From Candidatus Bathyarchaeota archaeon (lineage in GTDB: Archaea > Thermoproteota > Bathyarchaeia > Bathyarchaeales > Bathycorpusculaceae), in the NCBI GenBank assembly GCA_963782525.1, contig CAWAKC010000004.1, positions 64,001 through 128,000 on the forward strand: a stretch of DNA of 64,000 bases. The letters are read 5' to 3'. Below are positions 1-9,355 of this stretch, piece after piece (within the stretch, counting starts at the first letter, position 1; each line of letters starts with the position of its first letter). The position numbers and the translations under genes are program-made. Below the pieces are notes generated by a model. That model was not told where the DNA came from, searched no databases, and was given only the letters and a program-made list of their open reading frames with translations.

Positions 1-1
1 A

Positions 2-277
2 TATCCTACCGTCAGCTCAGAGACAATTGTTCAAAAGAACCCTGATGTTATAATGCTACCAACCGATATGGCAAACCCAGGAGACACACCGTTCTATGGA
101 AGTGTAGCACAGGTAAAAGAAAGACCTGGCTGGAGTTCAATTAGTGCAATTCAAAACAATCGAATAATCGTCGTCGACGGAGATCTATTTGCTGAAGCAG
201 GTCCCAGAATCGCCGAAAACATTGCAGTCGCTGCCCAAGCTTTCTACCCAGACCTTTTTAACTCCACTTCCCCTTAA
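2..277 (+). CDS. ABC transporter substrate-binding protein, BtuF/FepB type (5'-truncated by the window edge)
   Basis: The frame is open from position 2 (YPTVSSETIVQKNPDVI...AIQNNRIIVVDGDLFAEAGPRI), typical of the C-lobe of class III cobalamin/iron binding proteins. It precedes a permease and an ATPase. Confidence 0.85.
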   Translation, partial: YPTVSSETIVQKNPDVIMLPTDMANPGDTPFYGSVAQVKERPGWSSISAIQNNRIIVVDGDLFAEAGPRIAENIAVAAQAFYPDLFNSTSP

Positions 278-296
278 TCTTTTTTTGTGTTAAGAT

Positions 297-1379
297 ATGA
301 CTGCGGACAAAGTAGAGATTAAATATTCAAAGCGCCATTCAAGATGGAAACTGATCTTATTAGCTTTGATAGTTGCGCTCATTGCTGCGATAGTTCTTTG
401 TTTAAACATAGGTTACGCACCAATCAATTTCTCAGATATTATTACAATATTGGGCAAGCAAATTCCTTTTCTTAACGGCTCAATAAACTCTTCATCAGTA
501 TCAACCGTTGATCAAGCAATAATTCTCCAAATCCGTCTCCCCCGAATTCTAGCAGGTGCTATTGTAGGAGCAGGTTTAGCAGCCGCTGGTGTCATGTACC
601 AAGGCGTCTTTAGAAACCCGATGGCTGATTCCTACCTTTTGGGTGCTTCAGCGGGGGCATCTTTGGGCTACACTCTAACTGCGATTTATGCAGGCTCTCT
701 TGCTCTAACTTTATTTGGACTTGGAGTATTTCAGGTAATTGCTTTCATAGGTGCTGTTTTAACAGTTTTCCTTGTTTACTTTATGTCCCGTGTTGGAAAC
801 AAGGTGCCGATAACTACACTTCTGCTCTCAGGTATCGTTGTAAACATATTCATTTTGGCACTTCAAACAGTATTTGAGCTACGTTCTGGTAAGGCTCTAA
901 TAGGTATTATTGCTTGGATAGCAGGTGGATTTTCAAACATTACTTGGTTGGACATTTACGCTGTTTTTCCATTTGTTTTGATTGGGATTGTTCTTGCATA
1001 TTTTTTTACTAAAGATCTTAACATGCTCTCTATGGGTGATGATACAGCACAACATTTGGGCGTTAACACTGAAAGGGTGCGGCAAATTCTTTTGCTCATA
1101 AGTTCTTTAATAACAGGCGCGGTTGTATCTATCAGCGGGGTAATAGGGTTCGTTGGGCTAATTATTCCACACATGACCCGACTCGTCATTGGACCTGATC
1201 ACCGAATTCTTCTTCCCACATCCGCAATTGTAGGAGCTATTTTCCTAATTCTCTGTGATTCTCTAGCTCGTGTTGCAACCGGAGCATCAGAGCTGCCAGT
1301 GGGAGTCATAACTGCTTTAGCTGGAACCCCATTCTTTATCTATCTGCTTAGGAAAAGAAAAACAAGTTACTCACTGTAG
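297..1379 (+). CDS. btuC: Cobalamin/iron-chelate ABC permease (BtuC/FecCD family)
   Basis: IRLPRIL, QGVFRNPMAD, LGASAGA and GVIGFVGLIIPH motifs. Cobalamin specificity is inferred from cbiZ downstream. Confidence 0.88.
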   Translation: MTADKVEIKYSKRHSRWKLILLALIVALIAAIVLCLNIGYAPINFSDIITILGKQIPFLNGSINSSSVSTVDQAIILQIRLPRILAGAIVGAGLAAAGVMYQGVFRNPMADSYLLGASAGASLGYTLTAIYAGSLALTLFGLGVFQVIAFIGAVLTVFLVYFMSRVGNKVPITTLLLSGIVVNIFILALQTVFELRSGKALIGIIAWIAGGFSNITWLDIYAVFPFVLIGIVLAYFFTKDLNMLSMGDDTAQHLGVNTERVRQILLLISSLITGAVVSISGVIGFVGLIIPHMTRLVIGPDHRILLPTSAIVGAIFLILCDSLARVATGASELPVGVITALAGTPFFIYLLRKRKTSYSL

Positions 1380-1394
1380 GATGGCTGATGGAAC

Positions 1395-2747
1395 ATGGTA
1401 CTGCTTAGCGTAAATGGAGTTGAATGCCGCTATGGTTCGGTGAAGATACTGGAAGATGTCAACTTTACCGTCAACGAAGGCGACTTCGTGGGAATAATTG
1501 GACCCAACGGCTCAGGAAAAACTACCCTGCTAAAGAGCATCAGCCGAACCCTCAAACCCTACAATGGAACCATAATCCTCGATAAATCCGACATTTACAG
1601 CTTGAAAAGCGTAGATTTAGCCAAACAAATGGCAATAGTTCCACAAGAAAGTAACATAGGCTTTAGCTTCAGTGCTTTAGACATCGTGATGATGGGACGC
1701 AACCCACATATGAAAAGGTTCCAAATGGAATCGGATACCGACTTAACCATAGTCCGCAAAGCAATGAACCGAACCAACACTTGGCATCTAGCGGACAGAC
1801 CGATAAACGAATTGAGTGGTGGAGAAAAACAACGTGTCGTCATCGCCCGTGCATTAGCTCAGGAACCCAAGGTTCTGTTGCTTGATGAACCGCTTACGCA
1901 TCTGGACATGATTAACCAGCTTGAAATTATGGACCTTGTGAAAGAATTATGCATTAAGGAACGATTAATTGTTTTAGAAGTTATCCATGACTTAAACCTG
2001 GCAGCACGCTACTGCAGCTCGATTTTGCTTCTTAAGGATGCAAAGATTTTTGCTGCGGGACCCGTAGAAAATGTTCTGACAAGTGAGAATATAAAGGCTG
2101 TTTTTAACGTTGACGCAATCGTCAAAAAAAGCCTTGTCACGAATTCTCTTTTCGTAATTCCACTCACTCTCCAAAAGCCGTCGATGCCACGCAACTGTGC
2201 TATCCACCTTATTGCAGGAGCGGGCACGGGAACAGTTGTTATGAAGGCGTTGGTGGATGAAGGCTATCAAGTAACGGCTGGGGTACTCAACATGCTCGAT
2301 ACAGATTACGAGACTACTGAGCTTCTCAAAATTCCAACGGTTAGCGAAGCGCCTTTTTCACCCATAACTGACCAGTCAAAGAAACTGCTTCATGAAATGA
2401 TAAAAAAATCTGCTATCATTGTGGTGACGTCGGTTCCGTTTGGTTATGGTAATCTCTCTAACCTAGAGACGGCGCTTGAAGCGGTTAAACAGGGCATCAA
2501 AACTTATGTCATCGATGAGGTGCCTATTGAAAGTCGCGATTTCACAGCTGGCAAAGCTACCGCCTTGATGGCTGAATTAAAGAAAGAGGGTGCGATATTC
2601 ATCAAGCATCCTTCCGAGCTTCCAACGCTCGTTAACGCTACTCACGCACAGATGGAATTGCTAAAGAATCCCCCCAAGATTCCGGGACATGTAAAGGATG
2701 CATCCGAAGTAATCACTCAGTCTGCTAATCAAAAAGAGGTAACTTAA
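1395..2747 (+). CDS. Cobalamin/iron-chelate ABC ATPase (BtuD/FepC type) with an extra C-terminal domain of about 190 aa
   Basis: Walker A GPNGSGKT, signature LSGGE, Walker B LLLDEP, HDLNLA. Confidence 0.88.
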   Translation: MVLLSVNGVECRYGSVKILEDVNFTVNEGDFVGIIGPNGSGKTTLLKSISRTLKPYNGTIILDKSDIYSLKSVDLAKQMAIVPQESNIGFSFSALDIVMMGRNPHMKRFQMESDTDLTIVRKAMNRTNTWHLADRPINELSGGEKQRVVIARALAQEPKVLLLDEPLTHLDMINQLEIMDLVKELCIKERLIVLEVIHDLNLAARYCSSILLLKDAKIFAAGPVENVLTSENIKAVFNVDAIVKKSLVTNSLFVIPLTLQKPSMPRNCAIHLIAGAGTGTVVMKALVDEGYQVTAGVLNMLDTDYETTELLKIPTVSEAPFSPITDQSKKLLHEMIKKSAIIVVTSVPFGYGNLSNLETALEAVKQGIKTYVIDEVPIESRDFTAGKATALMAELKKEGAIFIKHPSELPTLVNATHAQMELLKNPPKIPGHVKDASEVITQSANQKEVT

Positions 2748-3851
2748 TTGTCCTCAAAAGAAGAAGCCATACAAAATTTTGGCGCCGAGAAATACGGCAA
2801 CAAACTTGACCACTTCATCTGGTCATGCACCCGAGCTTACCCAGTAAAACACGCTTTCTCTCTTGGTGACGGAAAACCCCTTCCCAACGAATTAGCAACC
2901 GCAGAAGCGAAGGTTATGCTAAAGAAGGTGGCGGATTTTGGGGTAGACAACATTTTCATTTCAGGCGCTGGCTGGACAGGCGAGCCGTTGATGCGCAAAG
3001 ACTTTATAGAAATCATTCGCTATGTTGCTGAATTAAAACTGTCTCCTTACGTGAAGGTTACTGGTTGGCACTTTACTGCTAAAGTTGCCCAAGAGCTCGC
3101 CGATGCAAATTGTAAGGCCATTATCTGTTTTGCTGGGTTACAGGAAGTTGATGCTAAACTGCGTGGAAAAGGCGCTTTTGAAGATGGTATTAACGCTGTC
3201 ACTTTGTGCAGAGAATTCGGTATTCCATTCGCCATGAGCGTTATCAACACAAAATATGTTGCCAACCAAGTTTCAGATTTAGTTAAACTTGCAATCACGT
3301 TGGGAGCACGCAGCTTCCATCTGGCCTCCCTTATTCCTCAGCCAATAGACGTTGAAAACCAGTTCAAGATTCTTGGACCACTCGAGCCAACGCCCCAACA
3401 AAGAGAAGACCAGCTCAACGAAATCTATGATCTTAACAAAAAAGTCCAGGACAAAATCCTCATCGTACCCTATGAAATGTTCAACAACCGCGTACTCAAA
3501 ACCAAAGAGCCCTCGCGCGAACTAAGGAGCACCTGCAGCATGTGCGATAACCTCAAAAAATACGAGTGGCTGGAGATTCTCGAAGACGGAAAAGCATACG
3601 CTTGTGCACCGTTAAACTTGGAATTCGGCGATATACGAACTGATAGTATACAGCAAATCATGGATCGCATGCCCAAATCTAAAGAACTGATGAGGTTAGC
3701 AGACCGTAATAACCTCAAGGGCAAATGTGGTTTATGCGAATTCAAAATCATCTGCGGGGGCTGTCGCGCCCGGGCTTACATCTTTAGCAAGGACAGTTTA
3801 AACCAGGACCCAGCATGCGTCTATCGACCAGCCGCGTTCGGAAAAAATTAA
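2748..3851 (+). CDS. Radical SAM/SPASM-fold protein (NirJ/Ahb-like) with a degenerate CxxxCxxC motif
   Basis: TGEPLMRKD, LRGKGAFE and SPASM cysteines (CSMC, C, CGLCEFKIICGGCRARA, DPAC) are present. The N-terminal motif reads IWSCTRAYPVKHAF. Confidence 0.75.
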   Translation: MSSKEEAIQNFGAEKYGNKLDHFIWSCTRAYPVKHAFSLGDGKPLPNELATAEAKVMLKKVADFGVDNIFISGAGWTGEPLMRKDFIEIIRYVAELKLSPYVKVTGWHFTAKVAQELADANCKAIICFAGLQEVDAKLRGKGAFEDGINAVTLCREFGIPFAMSVINTKYVANQVSDLVKLAITLGARSFHLASLIPQPIDVENQFKILGPLEPTPQQREDQLNEIYDLNKKVQDKILIVPYEMFNNRVLKTKEPSRELRSTCSMCDNLKKYEWLEILEDGKAYACAPLNLEFGDIRTDSIQQIMDRMPKSKELMRLADRNNLKGKCGLCEFKIICGGCRARAYIFSKDSLNQDPACVYRPAAFGKN

Positions 3852-3854
3852 GAA

Positions 3855-4496
3855 GTGACTGAAATGGCAAAAGATGGCAAGATTGAATCATTTGCTTTCC
3901 TCAAAAAACAAGCTTTCGAATTGGGTGCTGAAGACGCCAAAATCATTCCTGTTAAAAAAATCGTCATCGAAGACCGTGTAGTTTTCAAATGCCAACTCGG
4001 CTGCGAAAAATACGGAAAAACCTTAGCCTGCCCACCTCACGCTCCCACGCCTGAGGCATTTCGAAAAATCGTCAGTGAGTATCACTATGCCCTGTTCATG
4101 AAATTTAAAACGAAGGTCGAGGGCGATTCAGATCTGATAAAGTATCTTTCCAAAGCTGATGAACCCTCCATTCCAGCAGATATGAAGTTGAAAGTGGAAA
4201 AATTCTGGTCTGGCTGGAAAGATGAGATGAAAAAACTACTCGATGTTGTTCATGACCTTGAAAAATCGGCTGCAAAAGGAGGATATCTGCTTGCTGCTGG
4301 CTTGGTTTCCGGTGCATGCCAATTGTGCGAAAAATGCAACGTTGAAAAAGGAATTTGTATTCACCCAACTATGAAGCGGTATTCAGAAGAAGGCGTCGGA
4401 GTTAACGTTAAGGCAACTGCGGAAAAAGCTGGAATAAAATTCACTCTTCCGTTTGATAAGAATCCTGAAACCTTCGCTTTGCTCTTAATAGATTAG
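3855..4496 (+). CDS. DUF2284-like Cys-rich predicted metal-binding protein
   Basis: CxxGCxxYGxxxxCPP and GACQLCEKC...CxHP...RYSxEGxGxNV pattern. Confidence 0.8.
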   Translation: MTEMAKDGKIESFAFLKKQAFELGAEDAKIIPVKKIVIEDRVVFKCQLGCEKYGKTLACPPHAPTPEAFRKIVSEYHYALFMKFKTKVEGDSDLIKYLSKADEPSIPADMKLKVEKFWSGWKDEMKKLLDVVHDLEKSAAKGGYLLAAGLVSGACQLCEKCNVEKGICIHPTMKRYSEEGVGVNVKATAEKAGIKFTLPFDKNPETFALLLID

Positions 4497-4582
4497 ACAA
4501 GACTAACTTGACACGCACGTTCCGAGCTAACCTTAAGTAACAAAAACTGAACTTTCATTAAAAATTAAAAGAGGGCTAACCG

Positions 4583-5686
4583 ATGAAGATGGACACAGGA
4601 ATAGAGAACATTATAGCAGAAGTCAAAGATCAAACTCTTGTTATATGGTCAAAAAAACCCCTCAGGATTCTCAGCTCTGCCCTTTTGAATGGAGGTTTGG
4701 TTGAGGCAAATGGAATTATCAACGTTCAGGTTCCTGAAGGCTCTGGCAACGACCAGGACGATATGCACTGGAGTGGTCCCGAAAACTTTTTGGTAAATGT
4801 AGCAAACCAACTTCAACTTCCAAAGGACAAAGTAGTTGGGTTGATGACTGCTGCCAAAATGAAGAACGTGGTTGCATTTACCGAAAAATATGATGCTGTA
4901 ATCTTGACAGTTTTCGTGACAGCTGGCGCAACTGTGGCTGTGGCAGCAGGTGAGCCGGCAGCTTCAAAGAGTCAACTCAAAAAAATCGGCACCATAAACA
5001 TCATAATAGTGGTTGACGGAAATTTAACAGACGGCAGCATGGTGGAAGCCGTAAAAACAGCAACTGAAGCAAAAACTGTCGCCATACGTGAATTGGATAT
5101 TAGAAGTCGTTTCTCAGGCGACCTTGCTACAGGAACATTGACGGACAGCCTTGCAGTAGTTTGCACCAAAAAAGGTGAACCGATACAGTATGCTGGAACC
5201 TTCACGATTATTGGCGAGTTGATTGGGAAGTGTGTGCGGGAAGGAGTGAAAACGGCAATTTATAAACAGGAAAACATTTGGCCTGACCGACCGCTCGTAA
5301 CTAGGTTGGCGGATAGATGCCTCTCGATTGAAACCATCATAGTCCAAGCGTCTGAGGGAAAAATAACGAGCAAAAACCCTCAGTATAAGGCGCTCCAAAA
5401 ACAGCTTGAATTGATACTTTCAGACGGGAAAATCTCATCATTTGTCATTGCCGCCTTGAGGCTTGATGAAGATTTAGCGAAAGGACTGTTCCCCAAAAAA
5501 ACAGCTGAAACCGTTGACCAGACTTCTTTTGAGATGATTGTTCAAGCAGCGTCAAAGTGCCCTTTGGAAAATTTGGCAAACTTTGCCTTTGACAAGGCAA
5601 AGCCTGAAGATGAAGGACAATTAGGGCCATTTACGAAATGCGCTTTGCAGGCTATCCTCCAAAAAGCCCGTTCAAACATTACCTGA
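4583..5686 (+). CDS. cbiZ: Adenosylcobinamide amidohydrolase CbiZ with a C-terminal helical extension
   Basis: LSSAxxNGG, GLMTAA, GTINII, TATEAK and ATGTxTD motifs. Confidence 0.85.
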   Translation: MKMDTGIENIIAEVKDQTLVIWSKKPLRILSSALLNGGLVEANGIINVQVPEGSGNDQDDMHWSGPENFLVNVANQLQLPKDKVVGLMTAAKMKNVVAFTEKYDAVILTVFVTAGATVAVAAGEPAASKSQLKKIGTINIIIVVDGNLTDGSMVEAVKTATEAKTVAIRELDIRSRFSGDLATGTLTDSLAVVCTKKGEPIQYAGTFTIIGELIGKCVREGVKTAIYKQENIWPDRPLVTRLADRCLSIETIIVQASEGKITSKNPQYKALQKQLELILSDGKISSFVIAALRLDEDLAKGLFPKKTAETVDQTSFEMIVQAASKCPLENLANFAFDKAKPEDEGQLGPFTKCALQAILQKARSNIT

Positions 5687-5758
5687 TTGTTTTTGCAGTT
5701 CGTCTTGCCCTTGTGACATAGAAAAGTATTACTGATTCCTTAAAGGGTATGCATAGAT

Positions 5759-6460
5759 ATGGATCTGTCGTCGATAATATTTATCCTTCTCACTGGGCTA
5801 GGATTAGGTTTAGCACATTCGATGGATCCAGACCACATCGTCGCCGTTTCTACTCTAATGTGCAACAACAAAAGTCTCCGCAAATCCATAGCCTCCGCCA
5901 CCATTTGGGGATTTGGGCACTCAGCAGTTCTGTTCATTATCGGATTATTGGTTCTCACCCTAAGTGTTGTGATTCCCGAAACAGTCGTTCACTTGTTTGA
6001 CGCAGCCGCTGGAGTTCTGCTAATAATCCTTGGCGCATACGTGTTAAGACCATTAATTGCTCAAAGAATCCGTCCCAACCAAAATGTCCATGAACATACC
6101 CACATCCATCCACATACGCATCCGCATTCCCATAATCACGAGCACGACAACGAAGACCATCATGGACACGCTCACCTGCATAAATCAGCCCTAACAGGCG
6201 CCTTGCAGGGACTGGGAGGAAGCGCCGCCCTAATGCTGGTTACGCTATCAACCGTGAATTCAGTTGAGATTGGAGCGGTCTTCATTTTTCTCTTCGGCGT
6301 TGGCGTCATTTTGGGCATGGTGGGGATTTCATGCGTGGTCGGGTCTGTAATGGCTTATACAGCTTCAAACCTTGAAAAAGTAAACAAAATAATCAAAGCC
6401 CTCACAGGCTCAGCAAGCATCGTTATCGGCGTAGTAATTATCGTATACGCTTTGATTTAG
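5759..6460 (+). CDS. Ni/Co permease (UreH/HoxN/RcnA-like) with a His-rich loop
   Basis: HSMDPDH signature, WGFGHS, His-rich loop, GALQGLGGSA; about 6 transmembrane segments. Confidence 0.8.
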   Translation: MDLSSIIFILLTGLGLGLAHSMDPDHIVAVSTLMCNNKSLRKSIASATIWGFGHSAVLFIIGLLVLTLSVVIPETVVHLFDAAAGVLLIILGAYVLRPLIAQRIRPNQNVHEHTHIHPHTHPHSHNHEHDNEDHHGHAHLHKSALTGALQGLGGSAALMLVTLSTVNSVEIGAVFIFLFGVGVILGMVGISCVVGSVMAYTASNLEKVNKIIKALTGSASIVIGVVIIVYALI

Positions 6461-6631
6461 AAACATTTGGTTACATCAACATTTTTTCTGCGAAGTCAAA
6501 GATGCATAAAACAATTTAACATAGTTCTTAAAACTTAGGTGGAACCCTACAAACAGTTAGCTTTTCTTTTACTTTAGCAAAAATTAAAAAAAGGGAATGT
6601 GTTGGGGATAATCAACATTTATGCGGTTAAT

Positions 6632-7189
6632 TTAACTGGTTGTAAAAAGCGAGTCGTTGAGTGTAGGATTCACTTGAATATCGTAGATAACGATCGATGC
6701 ACCGCTTGGGGCAGAGTATGAATAACTTGTTTGGCCAGTCCAGTTAATTAGAGCAGTTTGGTAGTCAGCGAACGCTACAATATAAGACGAATCATTGTTG
6801 AAGTCACTTGATGTCCATGCGCCATCATTAATCTTGAGGGAGGATGTTTGAGTGCCAAGGTCTACGATGTAGCTGTAGTTGCCTGCGCTGCCGCCTAGTA
6901 TGTCCATTCTTAGCACTTCGGTTGTAGTGTTTACGTTCTTAGCTGCAAAGTTGTAGCTTACTAGTTGTCCGCTGGTGGTTTCGTTAACTTTGAATTGCAG
7001 TGTACTCGCGCCCACAACAGATGGGGCAGGTGTTGGTGAGGGTGTAGTTGTCGGGTTTGTTGTTCCGCCGCCTCCATTATTCATCAAAACATAGGCGGAT
7101 ACTCCAGCAATGATTATCACAATCACTAAAACCGCAACGATTAGGTACATATTTTTTTTATTCATCGAATCACCGGTTTTTTCTGACAT
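6632..7189 (-). CDS. Membrane-anchored extracellular protein of unknown function
   Basis: N-terminal basic patch and TM helix, Thr/Pro linker, then an S/T/N-rich beta-type domain. Confidence 0.7.
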   Translation of the reverse strand: MSEKTGDSMNKKNMYLIVAVLVIVIIIAGVSAYVLMNNGGGGTTNPTTTPSPTPAPSVVGASTLQFKVNETTSGQLVSYNFAAKNVNTTTEVLRMDILGGSAGNYSYIVDLGTQTSSLKINDGAWTSSDFNNDSSYIVAFADYQTALINWTGQTSYSYSAPSGASIVIYDIQVNPTLNDSLFTTS

Positions 7190-7264
7190 TCTCTTTGGAT
7201 TGAAATTAGATATAAGGTTTGTCCAGAAAGCGCTAAACCGCTTAAAAAGGATACATAAAAAAAA

Positions 7265-9355
7265 TTATCTTTCGATTGAAATTCTGCTGACTCCGCCTTC
7301 TTTTTCAAGAGTAATAACATGGTCAGCTTTTGCGGCAAACGCTTCACTGTGGGTGACGGCGATTATTTGTTCGATCGCTTTGAATCGGCTGATGGCTTCA
7401 GCTAACCGTTCTATGCTGCCATCTTCGCTGCCCAAGTTCTCGGTGGGTTCATCAAGCATCAGCATACTTAAGCCATGGCCTGTCCTTGATTGCATAATCA
7501 GTTGCCCCAAGCCTAGCCGATAGGCAAACGCTAAAAGTGTGCGTTCTCCGCCTGAGAGGTTACTGACTTCGCGTTCAACGTCAGTTTCGCTCTTCACATA
7601 AGGTGTGTAAGTCTCGTCGATAACCACGTTAAGCATCGGGGTTTCACCGCAAACTAAACTATCAAGAACCTGCTGAACAAAGTTACGCAGGACCTTCACG
7701 AATTCGCTTCTCAGTTTGGGCTGGATGCTTCGGTAAGCAACTCGAATAGCATCGAGGATTTCAACGGTTCTGCGGATTTTCTCCATGCGCTCCATCTTTT
7801 CCTGCGCCAAGTTGATGCGTTCTTTGTTATCATCTAAACGTTGGGCGAGGTCTTTTTTCCGGTTCTCCTTTGTGCGTAAATCTGATTCTATGGCATAATA
7901 TTGTTTGAGAGCATGTTCCCTGTGCACCCTGGTTTCTTCAACATCGGAGACGTTGAATTTGCCGATTTCAAACTGCACCACCTGCAACTGTGAGTGAAAA
8001 TCCGCCTCAAGTTTCTGTTTCTCAGCAAATTCAGTTATGAGGCTGGCGAGGTTGTTTTCTTCTTCTCCTATTCTTGCTTTCAAATCGGCATCCCGAGTGA
8101 AACAGGTTTGTAAACTCGAAAATGCTTCAGAAGCCACTGCCTTTGTTTTCTGTAGGTCAGCAACATCCAGCCTAAGCTTGTTAATCGTTTTTTCCCGTTC
8201 AATGTTTTCCTGTTTTATCCTCTGCAGTAAACCTATTTTATAATCGCCAGTTAAGGGCTGAACACATAGGGGACACTTATCTTCCTCTGATAATTGCCCA
8301 ACTCTTTTCTGGTCGGTCTGCAGACTCCGCGTTGTTGCTTCCTGCTCAGCCTTTAAACTGCTGATTTTATCGTCAAACCCGGCTAAACAAGAACCCAACT
8401 GCTCTAAGGGCTGATTAGCTGGTAATCCTGCTTGCTCAAGCTTCACCAAACACAGCTTTATCTGAGAATCCAGCGAGCTTTTGCGCTGCCGCAAATTATC
8501 CACTATGGTTTTCTTGCCTTCAATACGCTGGTTAATCGAAGCTAACGTTGCAGTCATGTTGCTTATATCGGCGTTTATTCGTGTTTCTTTGCGCTTAAGC
8601 TCCTCTACGGCGAGTTTTTTCTCTTCCAACTGTTTGAGCTCGGCGTTTGCTTCATCCAGCGCCCTCTTCGCCACTGATAGCTTCTGGGTTGCTGTCTCCA
8701 AATCCATCTCTAGGAGCGTGAATTCTTCGCTTGCACGGTTGTAGTCGTTGCTGAGTTTTTCTACACCGAGAACATCAGGGTCTTTTTCATAAATCCTCTT
8801 CTCTGTATCGTAATCACGTTGGTATTGGGCAATGTTGCTCCATGCAACCTCATAATCGGACAACCCAAATAATTCATCCAACCGAGTCTGCCTATCCCGC
8901 GGCTTAGCATCAAGCAGGTCCTTGAGGTGTTCCTGTCTAAACCAGACGATTTCGCGGTAAAGGTCCCTGTCAAGCCCCGTGATGGCTTTAAACTGTTCAG
9001 CAATGGCTTCCATTTTCATGCTTGCCACCAGCCTGTCGTCCTCGTAGAGTTTGAGTTGTTCAAGGTCTTGGCTGATGCTTTTGCCCTTACGTTTTAAGCC
9101 TCGGGTTAACTTGTAAGTGCTGCCGTTTTGGGCAAACTGCACCGTAACTCTGCACCAGTCAGCGTCTTCCCGCATGAGGTACTCAAAGCTTCTGCTGCCG
9201 ATTGTGTCGCCGAAAAGTGCAAAATCGATGGCGTACATAACGCTGGATTTACCGCAGCCTACCCCGCCGACTAAGCAGTTAAACCCATGTGTGAAGGGTA
9301 CGGTGGATTTTGTGTGGCTGCGTATGTTTTCGAGCTGCACTATTTCGATTTTCAT
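7265..9355 (-). CDS. rad50: Rad50 SMC-family ATPase
   Basis: LENIRSH, Walker A GGVGCGKS, long coiled coil, Zn hook CPLC, LSGGE, LDEPT, VTH. Overlaps mre11. Confidence 0.92.
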   Translation of the reverse strand: MKIEIVQLENIRSHTKSTVPFTHGFNCLVGGVGCGKSSVMYAIDFALFGDTIGSRSFEYLMREDADWCRVTVQFAQNGSTYKLTRGLKRKGKSISQDLEQLKLYEDDRLVASMKMEAIAEQFKAITGLDRDLYREIVWFRQEHLKDLLDAKPRDRQTRLDELFGLSDYEVAWSNIAQYQRDYDTEKRIYEKDPDVLGVEKLSNDYNRASEEFTLLEMDLETATQKLSVAKRALDEANAELKQLEEKKLAVEELKRKETRINADISNMTATLASINQRIEGKKTIVDNLRQRKSSLDSQIKLCLVKLEQAGLPANQPLEQLGSCLAGFDDKISSLKAEQEATTRSLQTDQKRVGQLSEEDKCPLCVQPLTGDYKIGLLQRIKQENIEREKTINKLRLDVADLQKTKAVASEAFSSLQTCFTRDADLKARIGEEENNLASLITEFAEKQKLEADFHSQLQVVQFEIGKFNVSDVEETRVHREHALKQYYAIESDLRTKENRKKDLAQRLDDNKERINLAQEKMERMEKIRRTVEILDAIRVAYRSIQPKLRSEFVKVLRNFVQQVLDSLVCGETPMLNVVIDETYTPYVKSETDVEREVSNLSGGERTLLAFAYRLGLGQLIMQSRTGHGLSMLMLDEPTENLGSEDGSIERLAEAISRFKAIEQIIAVTHSEAFAAKADHVITLEKEGGVSRISIER

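Noticed and set aside
6085-6185. CAT/CAC-rich low-complexity repeat
   Set aside because: It simply encodes the His-rich loop of the Ni/Co permease.
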